Positions 1 through 11,212 of a DNA stretch of 34,957 nucleotides are shown here, one piece after another. The DNA is from Selaginella moellendorffii (taxonomy: Eukaryota > Plantae > Lycopodiophyta), in contig NW_003314276.1 of the NCBI RefSeq assembly GCF_000143415.4, forward strand, positions 2,641,891 to 2,676,847, given 5' to 3'. Below the pieces are notes generated by a model. The model was not told where the DNA came from, did no database searches, and saw only the letters and a list, made by a program, of their open reading frames with translations. The position numbers and the translations under genes were made by a program. Positions within the stretch are counted from its first letter, which is position 1. The number at the start of each line of letters is the position of its first letter.

Positions 1-1
1 T

Positions 2-1462
2 GGGGGGTATGTCTCTCAGCTGAAGTCTTACGATTTCAGGCTCATTTCTGGTCTGCTGCTTTCAGAGGGTGTGCGAGTGTTCCTAGGCAGCAAGAATGTT
101 GATTACTTAGTAGCCGCTGGGTACCACAAAAGTATCTTAGGAGGGATATTGACCTCGTCATTGTACTGCGCTTTCGTAGGTTATGACTTTTGCTATCTGA
201 GGACGCTGCCGCCAAAGCTTATAAAGCACCTGTTCATACATCTCATATTCCATGGGCTCCAAGTGTGTAGTGCAGCTGTAACATTTGGTTTCTCTCTTGC
301 TCGGCTCGAGTCAGGAGACTACAAACCCATCTCATCGTCGGGTACAGGGCAGGTGGCCAACTTTGTGTATGGGATCAGGCTGTTCTACATTCTAACTTTG
401 GTGGAGTCATCAGTTTTCTTGGCGGTCAAACTACTGGGTTGGGACTCCTTCATGTTGTGGCTGAGAAGTATTGCAGGGGAAGCTGAAGGGCATATACTTG
501 CACTCCATGTAGGCCCACGTGTACATGAGGCGTTTATGACAGAGGGATTCAGAAAAGCATTAGGTGTAAATCTTTTCACTTATGTCATCAATTATTTTTT
601 GGATGGTGTGGAAGAACAATGCAGCTTCGATCACAAGAAGGTACTGGAGGTCCTTTGCTGGAACATACCTGATCAAGCTAGAACCTTCGGAAGTATCAAA
701 TGCATGATTCAGCTCATTGTTCTCGGAACATCATATCATGAAGGAGCAAGGCATACTGCAAACAAGATTCTAGCAAAGGTTGTATTAACAAAAGGTCAGT
801 TACACAACTTCCTATTAGCTGTGCGAGAATTTGGAATAATTCCTTTGGCGGTTGTGGACGGTGACGTGATCAAATTCCTGGACCACATTGTCACAGAAGC
901 ACCAGTCGGCTTCCTTCCTTGTGAAGCAGTTTCCAAGCAAGCATCCGAGTATCTAATCAGATCCATCATTGACGGAAGCGACGACGAGATCAAAGCCCAA
1001 GCGGCCTCGACATTCTTGAAGTGGTGGAGGAATTGGAGAGTTTACCGGAGCTATGCTTTTGATCCTGCAGATATCTTGCACAGGATTTTCATTGAGAGGC
1101 GACAGGTGTCATTAGATCGAGGCGACCTTGAAGCTGTCGCTGGATATGAATCAGTTGCTGGTCCTATTAGAACAGTCTTCAGTACTCGGACTTCAGATAT
1201 CATGAACAAGTTTTTGAGTAGGGTGGACTTCAGTGAACTCAAGAGCAAGCGAAGCACTATCGACCTGTCTGGCATTGTCACTGAGGTTATTGGTGCCGAG
1301 CCAGAGCTAGTTGGGCTGGTGGCTGCTTGGATATGGTTCATGGATGAATCCACTTTCCAGAAGGCAATCTCCAACTTGACTAAAGAGGACCTGGGTATGC
1401 TCAAGGGGAATACTCATATTTACGAGGCTCTACTGTCATCTAACAAGGGAAAATGGTTTTAA
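2..1462 (+). CDS. BLE2-like / plant ARM-repeat superfamily membrane protein (5'-partial)
   Basis: The frame is open to the window edge (GGYVSQLKSYDFRLISGLLLSEGVRVF). The segments LQVCSAAVTFGFSLARL and IRLFYILTLVESSVFL resemble the hydrophobic N-terminal blocks of the BLE2/ARM family. No introns in view; stop at 1460-1462. Confidence 0.6.
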   Translation, partial: GGYVSQLKSYDFRLISGLLLSEGVRVFLGSKNVDYLVAAGYHKSILGGILTSSLYCAFVGYDFCYLRTLPPKLIKHLFIHLIFHGLQVCSAAVTFGFSLARLESGDYKPISSSGTGQVANFVYGIRLFYILTLVESSVFLAVKLLGWDSFMLWLRSIAGEAEGHILALHVGPRVHEAFMTEGFRKALGVNLFTYVINYFLDGVEEQCSFDHKKVLEVLCWNIPDQARTFGSIKCMIQLIVLGTSYHEGARHTANKILAKVVLTKGQLHNFLLAVREFGIIPLAVVDGDVIKFLDHIVTEAPVGFLPCEAVSKQASEYLIRSIIDGSDDEIKAQAASTFLKWWRNWRVYRSYAFDPADILHRIFIERRQVSLDRGDLEAVAGYESVAGPIRTVFSTRTSDIMNKFLSRVDFSELKSKRSTIDLSGIVTEVIGAEPELVGLVAAWIWFMDESTFQKAISNLTKEDLGMLKGNTHIYEALLSSNKGKWF

Positions 1463-1608
1463 AACTCGAACTGAATCATTGTTGTTGTTTATCTTTCCAT
1501 TTAATATCGTTAACCAGCTTCTCCCTCGCCCAACATGCCAAGAAAGACATTCAGTTTTCTTCTTGGCCGCGGGAGGAGGAGCTGTTTGAGTGAGTAGAAA
1601 ACGCTACG

Positions 1609-2523
1609 ATGGAACGCCATGGCGAGTTCGATCCACGAGCACCGCTGTCTGCCTATCACAGCTTTGAGAGCATCACTGTCACAACCGTGGCGAGCGTATG
1701 CATGGAAGATACGTACGCTGTCCTTGAGAACCAGTCGCGAGCAGCGCCTTCAATCAGCGTGTTGCACAGGCACGAGGAGAAGATCCAGGTGAGTGAAGAA
1801 GTAGAGGCAATTCGGACGGCTTCTTTCACCGAGGCGTTTGATCTTGATCCTCGCTGGGATGCCGAGGATGACGGCGGCTTGAACGAAAAGACCTTCACCA
1901 TCAGTGGCGTTCAGGAGCTTCACGATCTTCTCGAGACAAAGAAAAAGGACGTTGATGATCCTCGGGACATCTTCAGCACTAGCAACGCCACAGCGACCTT
2001 CGATCCATCGCATCTTAAATTCCTGGAATGGAAGAGGTAAGTCGCTAGGAAGCTTTTTAGAAAATCACTTACGGTTTCTTGCCAGGAAAAACGCGCTAGC
2101 TTTACAAGCGAAGGAGAATGACGAGAGGGACAGGCTTGCAAAAACTCTTTGCGCTGCCGAGGAGCACAAACGAGAGCTCTTTGCAAAACGGAACGCAGAA
2201 GTCGAAGCTAGCAAAAAAGCAAATCGTGAGAAGGAAAAGGTCGTCAAGAAGATAGATTTTATGTTTTAAACTGACCTCTCTTCCTCATGCAGGTATCGTT
2301 GGAGTCCCGAGAAGAGTTCCATGCGAGGGCACCACTAAATTACTGGGGTGCCGTCTCAGAACTAATCTCCACCAAGCCGGCTGTGGAGAAGAAAAAAACT
2401 GATGCCGCCATCGCCAAGCCCCGAAAATCGACTGACCTTTCCAGGATGCGGCAGATAATATTAAAGCTCAAGCACAGGATTCCCAAAAGCCACGGAATAC
2501 CCGAGCTCTTTGCCACAGCTTAA
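1609..2523 (+). CDS. CLC: Clathrin light chain-like protein, 3 exons (1609-2036, 2086-2239, 2293-2523)
   Basis: Spliced motifs EWKRKNALAL..KE, KKANREKEK, NYWGAVSELI and TDLSRMRQIILKLKH are typical of plant CLC. GT-AG introns of 49 and 53 bp keep the frame. Confidence 0.85.
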
Positions 2524-5500
2524 ACTAGGACTTGCGATCCAAACGCATCTCGGATGCTGATCTCTAAGTGGAAAAGCTGCTTGGACTTAGCTTGGTCCAT
2601 GCGTGCCTCCTTCAAAATTGTCTGCGACACAAAACAACGTGTATGTGAAACATAAAGTTCATACTAGTCGTACCTTTACTGCTCGAAATATCTCACTAAC
2701 ATCTGAAAACTTGAGGTGCTTCTGGATCGCTTTTTGCTTGCATATTTCGTTCGTCAAAACTCCCACAGCATAAACTTGATCTTTGCCACCTGAAGAGAAT
2801 AGACACTCAGCCGTAAGACAGAAGAACATAACAAACGAACCTGAGAGATTCAGAGCTAATTCCTTCATCAAGGATTGTGCAAACCTCTTGTTCTTGAAAA
2901 CTAAGTCCACCGCATTGCGAACAATAACCATCACCATTTGGTCTTTAGCCTGCAATTCATATTATCATACACATGATAAAACGCGGGTGTATACCAGAAG
3001 TCTTGAAACCGCAAAGCTCGCGGTTTGCGCCACCAGAACGCTCAATAGCAACTCAGGGACCTCCACATGTTCCACATCGTGGCTCAGAGTAGCCAGAACT
3101 TTTAGTGAACTAGCTAACAACATTGGGGAAGGCCGAGCCGACTGTAATTGACTGTTAGAAACAGCAACAGGTGTGAAAAATTACGCACCAGATGTTCGGA
3201 CATTGGCTTGGCCAACAAATGCATAACTACGTCGATATCTCCAATCTGGAATAGGCTACGGGACACCACACCCAGTATTATCCAGTGTTTCTTTCTCTCT
3301 TCAGCAGTTTCTGAAAAGAGTATCAGCAGTTAGAAATTGCCCGAAAAGAAAAAAGGAGATATTTACCGTGTGCATGCGAGCACTCCACCACCAGCGTAAG
3401 AAGGAAACTGAAAAAGTTTGCAGCTTCAACCCGACCTTGAACAAAGGACACTCGCACCACTTCCAACAAACGGACCAAAGTTTGCAGATCCATGTCCGGA
3501 GCTGCGAGTCGAGGTTTTCCAGGTTAGAAGATGTAAGCCATAATGCGCACTTACACAGACAGCAAGCTAACAGTGCTTTGAGAAAGAAAGGTTGGAAGCC
3601 GCTGAAGTAGTACAATACGTCGACCGCAATCTCTTGGCAGTCCCTAGGAAGCTTAATAAACGGACCGTACAAATACTTGTCTGGAATGTGAAAAGTTAGT
3701 TTCTTTGCTAGATTTAGGAGACGCAACGGAACCTGGCGTTTCCTTGGCTGGCAACACAGTGCAGAAAAACGGTATCATTGCCGATTGAAGCATTCCAAAA
3801 TCTGTTGCTAAAGTAGAGCCAGCTACTGCAAACTTTCCAAGGCGGAGTAGCATCTCTAGAACAATCTGCAAAAAAGAAAGAGAAACATTACGATGCGAAT
3901 GGGATTAAATGGCGTCTTGACACAAACCTTTGAAGACGCAAGTTGATTACACTTGAGCTCCCAAAGAAGCCTGGGAAATGACACCAGCCATTTCTTACTG
4001 AACTGCTCAGCAACAGAGGGAGCTTGGGTTTCTTTACGGTCCTGACTTTCCTGGTGAAATCAATTTATAAGAGCGATAACAAAATAGAAAGAGGGGGGAG
4101 GGAAAGAACGTACTGAAAGGAGAATTTTGGACATTGCAGTAAGGCATCCAAGTTTAATACTAGATTCTGGAGTGCTGCGATCGAAAGCATTTGTTATGGC
4201 CTGCAAGACAAGACGGTTGGTCTTCGAAACAAATAAGTTCACCGTTACCGACTTGTAACACTTTGAACTTCCAGTTAATGTCAGCATAGTCAAACACAAG
4301 AGGAGCAAATGCTAGCAAGGATTTTATGTAGGGATCCAATGCTTTGTTGTGGCTCGCAGAAAACGAGAACAGGGACAACGACAGCAGCTACAAAATGGCA
4401 CCGAAGATCAGAAAAAAATGACAAACAATAACAAAATTCGCAAACCTTTCCTAGCAAAGCACCCTCGTAATACTGCAGGACGTTAGTAAAATCGAAGTCG
4501 TGCAATCCAGCAACAACAAAGTGCAAGATCGTCTCGCATATCCCGGCATTGAGTGCACACAAGCATTCTTCAATCTGGAAAGAAAGTTGTTATGATGCGA
4601 GCAATACTCCAACAGCCCCAAACCTTGGCAATGGTTCGAACTGCAGGAGCTGACATTGGAAAACTGGCCATTAGTCGACTCGAGCATGGCAAAAGAAACC
4701 TGTGTCTCAGCTCCATCTTCATCTGACAACTCTCCGGCGAGCGTTCTAGCCACTCAAAAAGTAGACATAGGCATCTGGTTATTGAAACCATGCAATCCAG
4801 GCTCACGGCATCAGGCAACGGACTGGAGCAGACGGTTGGCGCCAGTTCAGCCCAGCATTTTAGAAGGGCGTCCACTAATGAAGCGCTTATGTCAATCCAT
4901 TTCGTGCCGGAACCTACAACAGTTTTGTTTGCTCTTAGAACATGCAACTTAAGCATTATGAAGACAAAGAATCTTACCGCTAGAATCGACAGAGCTTGTA
5001 GCGAAAGATTTCTCTGAGATGTCAGCAGCGATGCTGTTGTACCCATGCAACGGCCTCAGCGTCTGTAAGTCGTACTTTTGCGACCACCTATGACACGTTC
5101 CAATCGTACAAGTTGTGTCGGACGAGCCAGAAGTGCTTACAACGGATAAGACGCGTGTTAAGCTGCCTACAACCGTAAGCGTTGCATTTGGATCGAAGTT
5201 ATGCGAGCCACCGAAACCAAGGAAATGGTTATAATGGTCAAATATCTAAATATCAAGGGGGTTAAGAGAATCAAAAGAGAAATCTCTCATACCTGGCTAG
5301 TGTACATAGGAATTAGTAATGATGAATAGTGCTGAAGCAAGAGATCGAGAAAGGCAAACGCGTCTAAACGAATATCGTTTGCCATATGTGTCATAGCAGT
5401 CCCCAAGTGAGCCATCACTATGGAAACAATGGGCTTCATAACACTCTGTAGCACAAGAAAAATTTTGTTTTGAGAACTCGCAGCACCTTCAACAGTTTCA

Positions 5501-6122
5501 TACCTTCGTAACGCTGGAAAATGTTTCTCGTAGCACCAACAATAACGCATGTCTCACAGCTTTGTCCCCATCAGTAAAACGAGAAGTCAGTTTCTGGATC
5601 GTAGTTATGGCATTGCATTCGAGCTCCTTGGGATGCCTCGAGAACAAATCCTTTATTCCCATCAAAGCGTCTGCCAGGAAAACCACGACATATAAAACCA
5701 ACTCATCGAAGAAAAAAAAGAGAGAAAAGCTTGCCTTTCCGGACTCTCGCATTGTAATGAGCAATCTGATTGAGAAGCTCTTTCAGCGTTTTGTTCCGCT
5801 GGTTCACAGCCAATCCATCCTTGTCCACCTTCACACTTTGTTCGTGCAAAACAATCTCTGTCGACACAAACCTCTGGATTTTAGCAGCAAAATGAAGAGC
5901 ATAGAGGACAGAAGAAACGCACTCTTCGACTTAAACTCGACCTTAGTCGCGTTCTGAGGAGCAGGGATCTTCCGACCAACCTTGTGCTTCACTTTCTACA
6001 CAAAATCCACGAAAATGCAGGCCGATCATCGTGAAATTCCAGGGAAATCTTACCTTGAAGTCGATTCCAACGCCGGACCGCTTGCTCTTGGTCTTCTTCT
6101 TGCTCCCAGCGGCCGGCGCCAT
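2520..6122 (-). CDS. IPI1: Pre-rRNA-processing protein IPI1 / TEX10 homolog, multi-exon
   Basis: N-terminus MAPAAGSKKKTKSKRSGVGIDFK|KVKHKVGRKIPAPQNATKVEFKSK, then DALMGIKDLFSRHP, TDGDKAVR and AMTHMANDIRLDAFAFLDLLLQHY (Ipi1_N). The predicted last exon TILKEARMDQ...GSQVLV ends at TAA 2522-2520. Confidence 0.88.
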
Positions 6123-6343
6123 GGCGCAAAAACCCTCAAGAGCCCTAGAATGGGTTTAGGGCTCCCCTGTTTTGACGAGAAACTAGGTTTTTAGGACAGG
6201 ACAGGTGTGAGGAGAAAGAGAGAGGGAAGAGGAAGCTATATCCGGCGATTTGTGGAAGGGTTTAGGAAAATGCGCGAGTAGAGGCGACAAGGCTGTGGCG
6301 CTTTCGATCGGAGGATTAGGGTTTGGGGAAGAGCGCAGCGGTG
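6123..6343. promoter_or_regulatory. Putative bidirectional promoter (IPI1 / PDH-E2) with telo-box-like motifs
   Basis: Only about 220 bp separate the divergent ATGs. The interval contains GGGTTTAGGG, TAGGGTTT and AAAACCCT-type motifs. Confidence 0.5.
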
Positions 6344-8734
6344 ATGGCGCTCATGCGCGCCGCCGTTGGTGTGGGGCGCCGGAGGCTCCTCTCGCATTGC
6401 AGCTGTATGGCCAATGGATCGCATCAGGGCGGCGTGTGGGAATTGAGGGTGCGCTGCTTCTCCTCGTGGTTACATCATCACCATGAGGCGCAGGATTATC
6501 TCAGGTGAGGGTCAGATCTAGCTCGATTGCAATGCGATCGGTGACTCGATTCTCTTTTTCTTGCTTGTCCCAGGTCAACTATGGTTTTTAGATTTGGTCC
6601 GCCTGGACAGTACGTTTCGAGGCGTTTCTACGCTGATAGTATGCTCCTTTTTCTCTCGATTCTATGCTTGACTGATCATGTTTTTTTTTCCTGTCTAGTG
6701 CCTTCGCATCAGCCTCTTGGAATGCCGTCTCTTTCTCCAACCATGACACAGGTGTGTAGGCTTTTCCTTTTCTTTTCCATCGCTTTTTTGTATGAAAAGG
6801 CGGCTGTTTTCTTTACAGGGAAACATAGTGAAATGGAAGAAAAAGGAGGGTGACAAGGTTACTGCCGGAGATGTGCTTTGCGAAATTGAAACGGTAGAGC
6901 TTTTCATTGGGATGATTGTTTTCTGGAATGCCTAACCAGCAAATTTCAGGATAAAGCAACAGTTGACATGGAATGCATGGAAGACGGCTACTTGGCTAAG
7001 ATCGTATTTTCGGACGGTGCAAAAGACATAAAAGTTGGACAGGTATGCTGATTTGGTCCGTCTTTCTGGCTTGAGCCGAGTCGCCTTTGCAAAACATCCA
7101 GATTATAGCCATAACTGTCGAAGAACAAGGGGATATTGATAAGTTTAAAGACTACAAAGCTGACGCTCCTGCTGCACCTCCGAAGCCCGCTCCCAAGGAA
7201 AGCCCTCCTCCACCGAAACCCACAGAAAGCCCAAAACCGGCTCCGTCGCCCAAGCCTGCTCCAGCTGCATCTGGTGATAGGATCATAGCCAGCCCCAACG
7301 CTAGGAAGTATGCTCAGGATAACCAAGTAAGAAGTTGTATCACTTTTCCTTGCTTAATTGGTATCTTTCAGATATCTCTATCAGGAGTAGCGGGGACTGG
7401 GCCTGGAGGTCGGATCGTCAGAGCGGATGTAGAGGGCCTGAAAGGTGAGTACAAATTCAATTTTGTTCTATTGGAAAGCTTCTAATTGTCGTTTTTATAG
7501 GTGGCCAGCAAGTACAAGAGCCTCGGCGTGCTGAAACGCCTGGTGATTCTACTTCGCTGGACTACACGGATCTACCAAACACACAAATCAGACGGGTAAG
7601 CGACAGTGGTATCTTTTATAGAAAATTTAAACTTCCATCTGTTTCAGGTCATTGCTCAACGCCTTCTTCAATCAAAGCAAACGATTCCACATTATTATTT
7701 GACCGTGGATGTTCGTGTTGACAAGCTCCTTGCGTACGTTACTGATCGCTTTTTTGTTCTTTTCCTTTTGGTGCTAATACTCTGAGCTTATGCAGACTAA
7801 GGACTCAGTTGAATGCCAAGCTGGAGAAGGAGAAAAGGAAAAAGCTTTCTGTTAACGATTTCGTTTTGAAGGTAAGTTTTTCACAGTAGTATTACCTGCA
7901 CTCAGCTAATCAGGCAGTTCATGTTAGGCTGCGGCGTTAGCGCTGAAGAAGGTTCCAGAGTGTAATAGCTCGTGGACTGACGAGTTTATCAGGCAGTAAG
8001 TGCAAACGTTACCGGTGGTCTATTTCTTTTTTCTCATTTTGTTCCTGTTTTTACAGGTTTCACAACATAAATATCAGCGTTGCTGTACAAACGGAGCGGG
8101 GTTTGATGGTTCCAGTTGTAAAGGTAAGCTGCGCTTTAGTTTTCTCTACTCTTTTTCTCATTCTACTCGCCATTCCAGGATGCTGATAAGAAAGGGTTGG
8201 GAGCTATTTCGGACGATGTAAGAACGTTGGCGGAGAAGGCTAGGGAGAACACACTGAAGCCTAGTGACTACGATGTAAGCGTTTGCTTTGCATGATACTT
8301 GAAACGCTCATGAGTCCCTTGGTGTCGCAGGGTGGCACGTTCACGGTCTCGAACTTGGGTGGACCATTTGGTATCAAACAATTTTGTGCTATCATCAATC
8401 CGCCACAGTCGTGCATTCTTGCCGTCGGCACGAGTAAGTTTTCAACGTCTCAGGCGCCATTTCCCAACTTTGATATATCTTCGATCGTTTTGTTTGTAGC
8501 TGACAAGAGAGTGATTCCTGGTGAGAACGATGGCGAGTACACAGCGGCTACATTCATGTCTGCTACTTTGAGCTGTGATCACAGAGTTGTGGATGGTAAG
8601 TTTCGTTTTCTTCTTTCGGTTCGATTCACAAGATCTGAGCGAGGGATTGATCTATTTCGTCAGGCGCAATTGGAGCGCACTGGCTCGGTGCGTTCAAAGG
8701 CTACATCGAGGACCCCATGACTTTGCTACTATAG
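6344..8734 (+). CDS. DLAT: Mitochondrial pyruvate dehydrogenase E2 (dihydrolipoamide acetyltransferase), single lipoyl domain, multi-exon
   Basis: Arg-rich presequence; [11 protein letters not shown]; lipoyl motif [13 protein letters not shown]; Pro/Ala linker; E3-binding [13 protein letters not shown]; [10 protein letters not shown]; catalytic DHRVVDG. Stop TAG at 8732-8734. Confidence 0.95.
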
Positions 8735-8995
8735 TGGAGCTCTGGCGATGGCGATAAGAAGGAAATAAAAATGGACACGAGAAAATAACCGCGACTCGAA
8801 CTGGGTAAATTTTTTTCTTTCTTTAAAGCTTTTTCGAGGACTTGGCTCAGATCGGCATTTGTGAATTTTTCTTCGTCAATAAAAACCCATTGGAGCTATG
8901 TACGGCAAATACGCATGATGTTGTACGGAAGAAGTTTCCGAAGAACCCTAAATCTCTAATGTGGAAGAAAATGCCGACCTAGATTTTGATTTTCT

Positions 8996-9620
8996 ATGGA
9001 TCAGGCGGGTGTCTCTCTGGGATCAGCGTACAAGGCGCTGGGATTGACCCCGAGCGCGAGCGCGAGCGAGGTCAAGGCGGCGTACAGGCGCTTAGCTTTG
9101 AAATGGTAGAGTTTTTTCTTCTGGTGGAGCGGAGTAATCCATTCTTCTCTATCTCTCTCTCTTTCTTTCGCAGCCATCCCGATTTGAGCCCCAACAATCA
9201 CGGAGAATTCCAGCGCCTCTCGGCCGCGTACCAGCGAATTATAAACAGGGCTCCACAGGAGGAGCTCCAGATCAACACGAGCCACTTTGCTAGCGGCGGC
9301 GGAGGTGGCGGCGGCGAGGCGGAGGAGAGGTTGCGATCGTTTGGCTACCGCCAGGCGAATCGCTCGGAGCAAATGCCGATCATGCGGACGGTGTTTAGCC
9401 GGCCTGTGACGGTGGGAGTGTTCGCCACCATCGCCTTCGCGATTTGTGGCGGAGGAGTGGTGGCGTTTAGCTTGAGCCGCCAGGACAAGCGAAGAATCGG
9501 AGTCATCTCCAGGAATACCGATCAAGAGCTCGTGAGTGTCAAACAAAACTTTCACCTCGTTTTTCTCCTTGTGCCTCTGATGGGGTGATCTTTTCTCTTT
9601 TCTCACAGGTTGCTAGCTAG
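8996..9620 (+). CDS. Small DnaJ (J-domain) protein with C-terminal TM segment; exons about 8996-9105, 9174-9531, 9609-9620
   Basis: Spliced sequence AYKALGLTPSASASEVKAAYRRLALKC|HPDLSP...EFQRLSAAYQRI contains the HPD motif. Hydrophobic VTVGVFATIAFAICGGGVVAF follows. The last exon is tentative. Confidence 0.8.
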
Positions 9621-9627
9621 CTCGATT

Positions 9628-9727
9628 NNNNNNNNNNNNNNNNNNNNNNNNNNNNNNNNNNNNNNNNNNNNNNNNNNNNNNNNNNNNNNNNNNNNNNNNN
9701 NNNNNNNNNNNNNNNNNNNNNNNNNNN
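9628..9727. other. Assembly gap (100 N)
   Basis: Run of N. Confidence 1.
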
Positions 9728-10239
9728 ACGTGCAAGTAGATCTCTACGATCTTGGGGTCTTGCTGACACAAATCCAGCACGGAATTTAGCAGCTTGGTTC
9801 CTGGATCTCACACGAAAACGAAGAAATTCATGAGCTTGAGAAAAGAGAGAAGAAATTTGGAAATCCTTCCTATCTTACCAATTCCCAGGTTCCTGTATGG
9901 AGCGAGAACTCCCAGCGTCATAATGTAGATCTTCGTTTCGCTTTCTTTCTTCTCCACGCGACAGGCAATGTTTCCAACGCAAATATCGCCATAGTACGCT
10001 GCAAGTAGGAGAAAATTGCGATGATTCCAAAGAGGACGAGAGGAATCTAGTCGAAGAGCTCCAAAGAAGAGTTTTGGAGGCTTACCTAGCTTGGTGAAAT
10101 CGCCGGACGCGAGCGCGTCCGTGTAGTAGTTGTCTTGATACTTGACAGGGAAGATCGCGGCATTGAGCTTCTTGAGCAGCATCATGTTCTTGTCGCGGAC
10201 ATTGTCGAAGGACACGGACACATCGAGCGCGGGAGCCAT
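9728..10239 (-). CDS. NAA50: N-alpha-acetyltransferase 50 (NatE catalytic subunit), 3' end lost in gap
   Basis: LKKLNAAIFPVKY, DFTKLAYY, YIMTLGVLAPYRNLGIGTKLL and EIYLHV after splicing three exons. Confidence 0.92.
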
Positions 10240-10349
10240 GGCTTCTCCGCCTCCGCGCGCCCCAAAATATTTCTAGGGTTCTTGGGGACAGAGAAAGGGT
10301 TTAAGCAAAAGTTTTAGGGTTCTTGGACGATCGATCGATCGATTGATCG

Positions 10350-11143
10350 ATGTGGTTCAAGGCTGCGATCCAGGGCGGCAAGGCGCGGCGGGGAGGATAC
10401 CTGGCGAATTTGGAGGCCACATTCGCAGCGCCGGGTCGAGAATCTGGCATGGGCTACTGGGAAGTGAGTGGCGATCAAGAAATATTTCCTCGCATTTTCT
10501 TTCATCTCATCGATCGTGATTCCAGCGGCTGCAAGGACACACGCGGATCCAGAAATGGCGGCACCAGAAATCGCGAGAATCGGCGCTGGCGGAGGAGGAC
10601 GAAGACGCGGGGATCCGGGAGGAGCAGCGGCGGCGGCGGCACAGGAACCTGGCGGCGGTGGACGAGGACGAGGATCTGGAGAAGCGAATGCCGCGGCTCT
10701 ACAAGTGTAGCAAGCCCAAGATCATCGCGGGCAAGAGAGAGCTCTACGATCTCCTCTTCAGCTATGGCTTCGCCAACACCCTGGGAAGAGCCGAGGCGAG
10801 CTGGGATTTCCTGGAGCTGGAGGACGAGGAGATTGTGGACTACTACGCTCACGTCGCGCGGGGGATCTTGGATTACTTCCAGTGCTGCGACAACTTCCAG
10901 GAGATCAAGCCATACGTGGACTACCACCTCCGCTTCTCGTGCCTCTTCACGCTGTCCAAGAAGTATGACGAGCACCCCCAGGTGATCTACCGCCGCTTCT
11001 CGAAGGAGCTGCTCGTCCCAGTGATCGATGGCGATGGTGAACTGGTGGAGAAGCAGGCGTATCCATCGTCGCTGGAGATCAAGAAGATGAAACGAGGCTA
11101 CTCGCCCAAGTCTTGGATCGATCTCTACTGCCCCCTCAAGTGA
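10350..11143 (+). CDS. Stand-alone group II intron maturase domain X (Intron_maturas2-like) protein; exons 10350-10463 and 10526-11143, about 243 aa
   Basis: The C-terminal half LEDEEIVDYYAHVARGILDYFQCCDNFQEIKPYVDYHLRFSCLFTLSKKY...IYRRFSKEL fits the domain X pattern (D..I..Y....RG..NYY..DN.....Y.LR.SC..TL..K). A phase-0 GT-AG intron at 10464-10525 joins an ATG exon in frame. No RT motifs are present. Confidence 0.75.
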
Positions 11144-11212
11144 GTGATCCTAGCTGTCCCTGGGTTGCGATCGACGAGAAAATCTGGCTGGCTGGACTGC
11201 TTGGATCATCCA

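Noticed and set aside
10350-10985. 211-aa unspliced ORF from ATG 10350
   Set aside because: It reads through the GT-AG intron into an off-frame Arg/Ser/Thr-rich sequence; the spliced frame gives the conserved domain.
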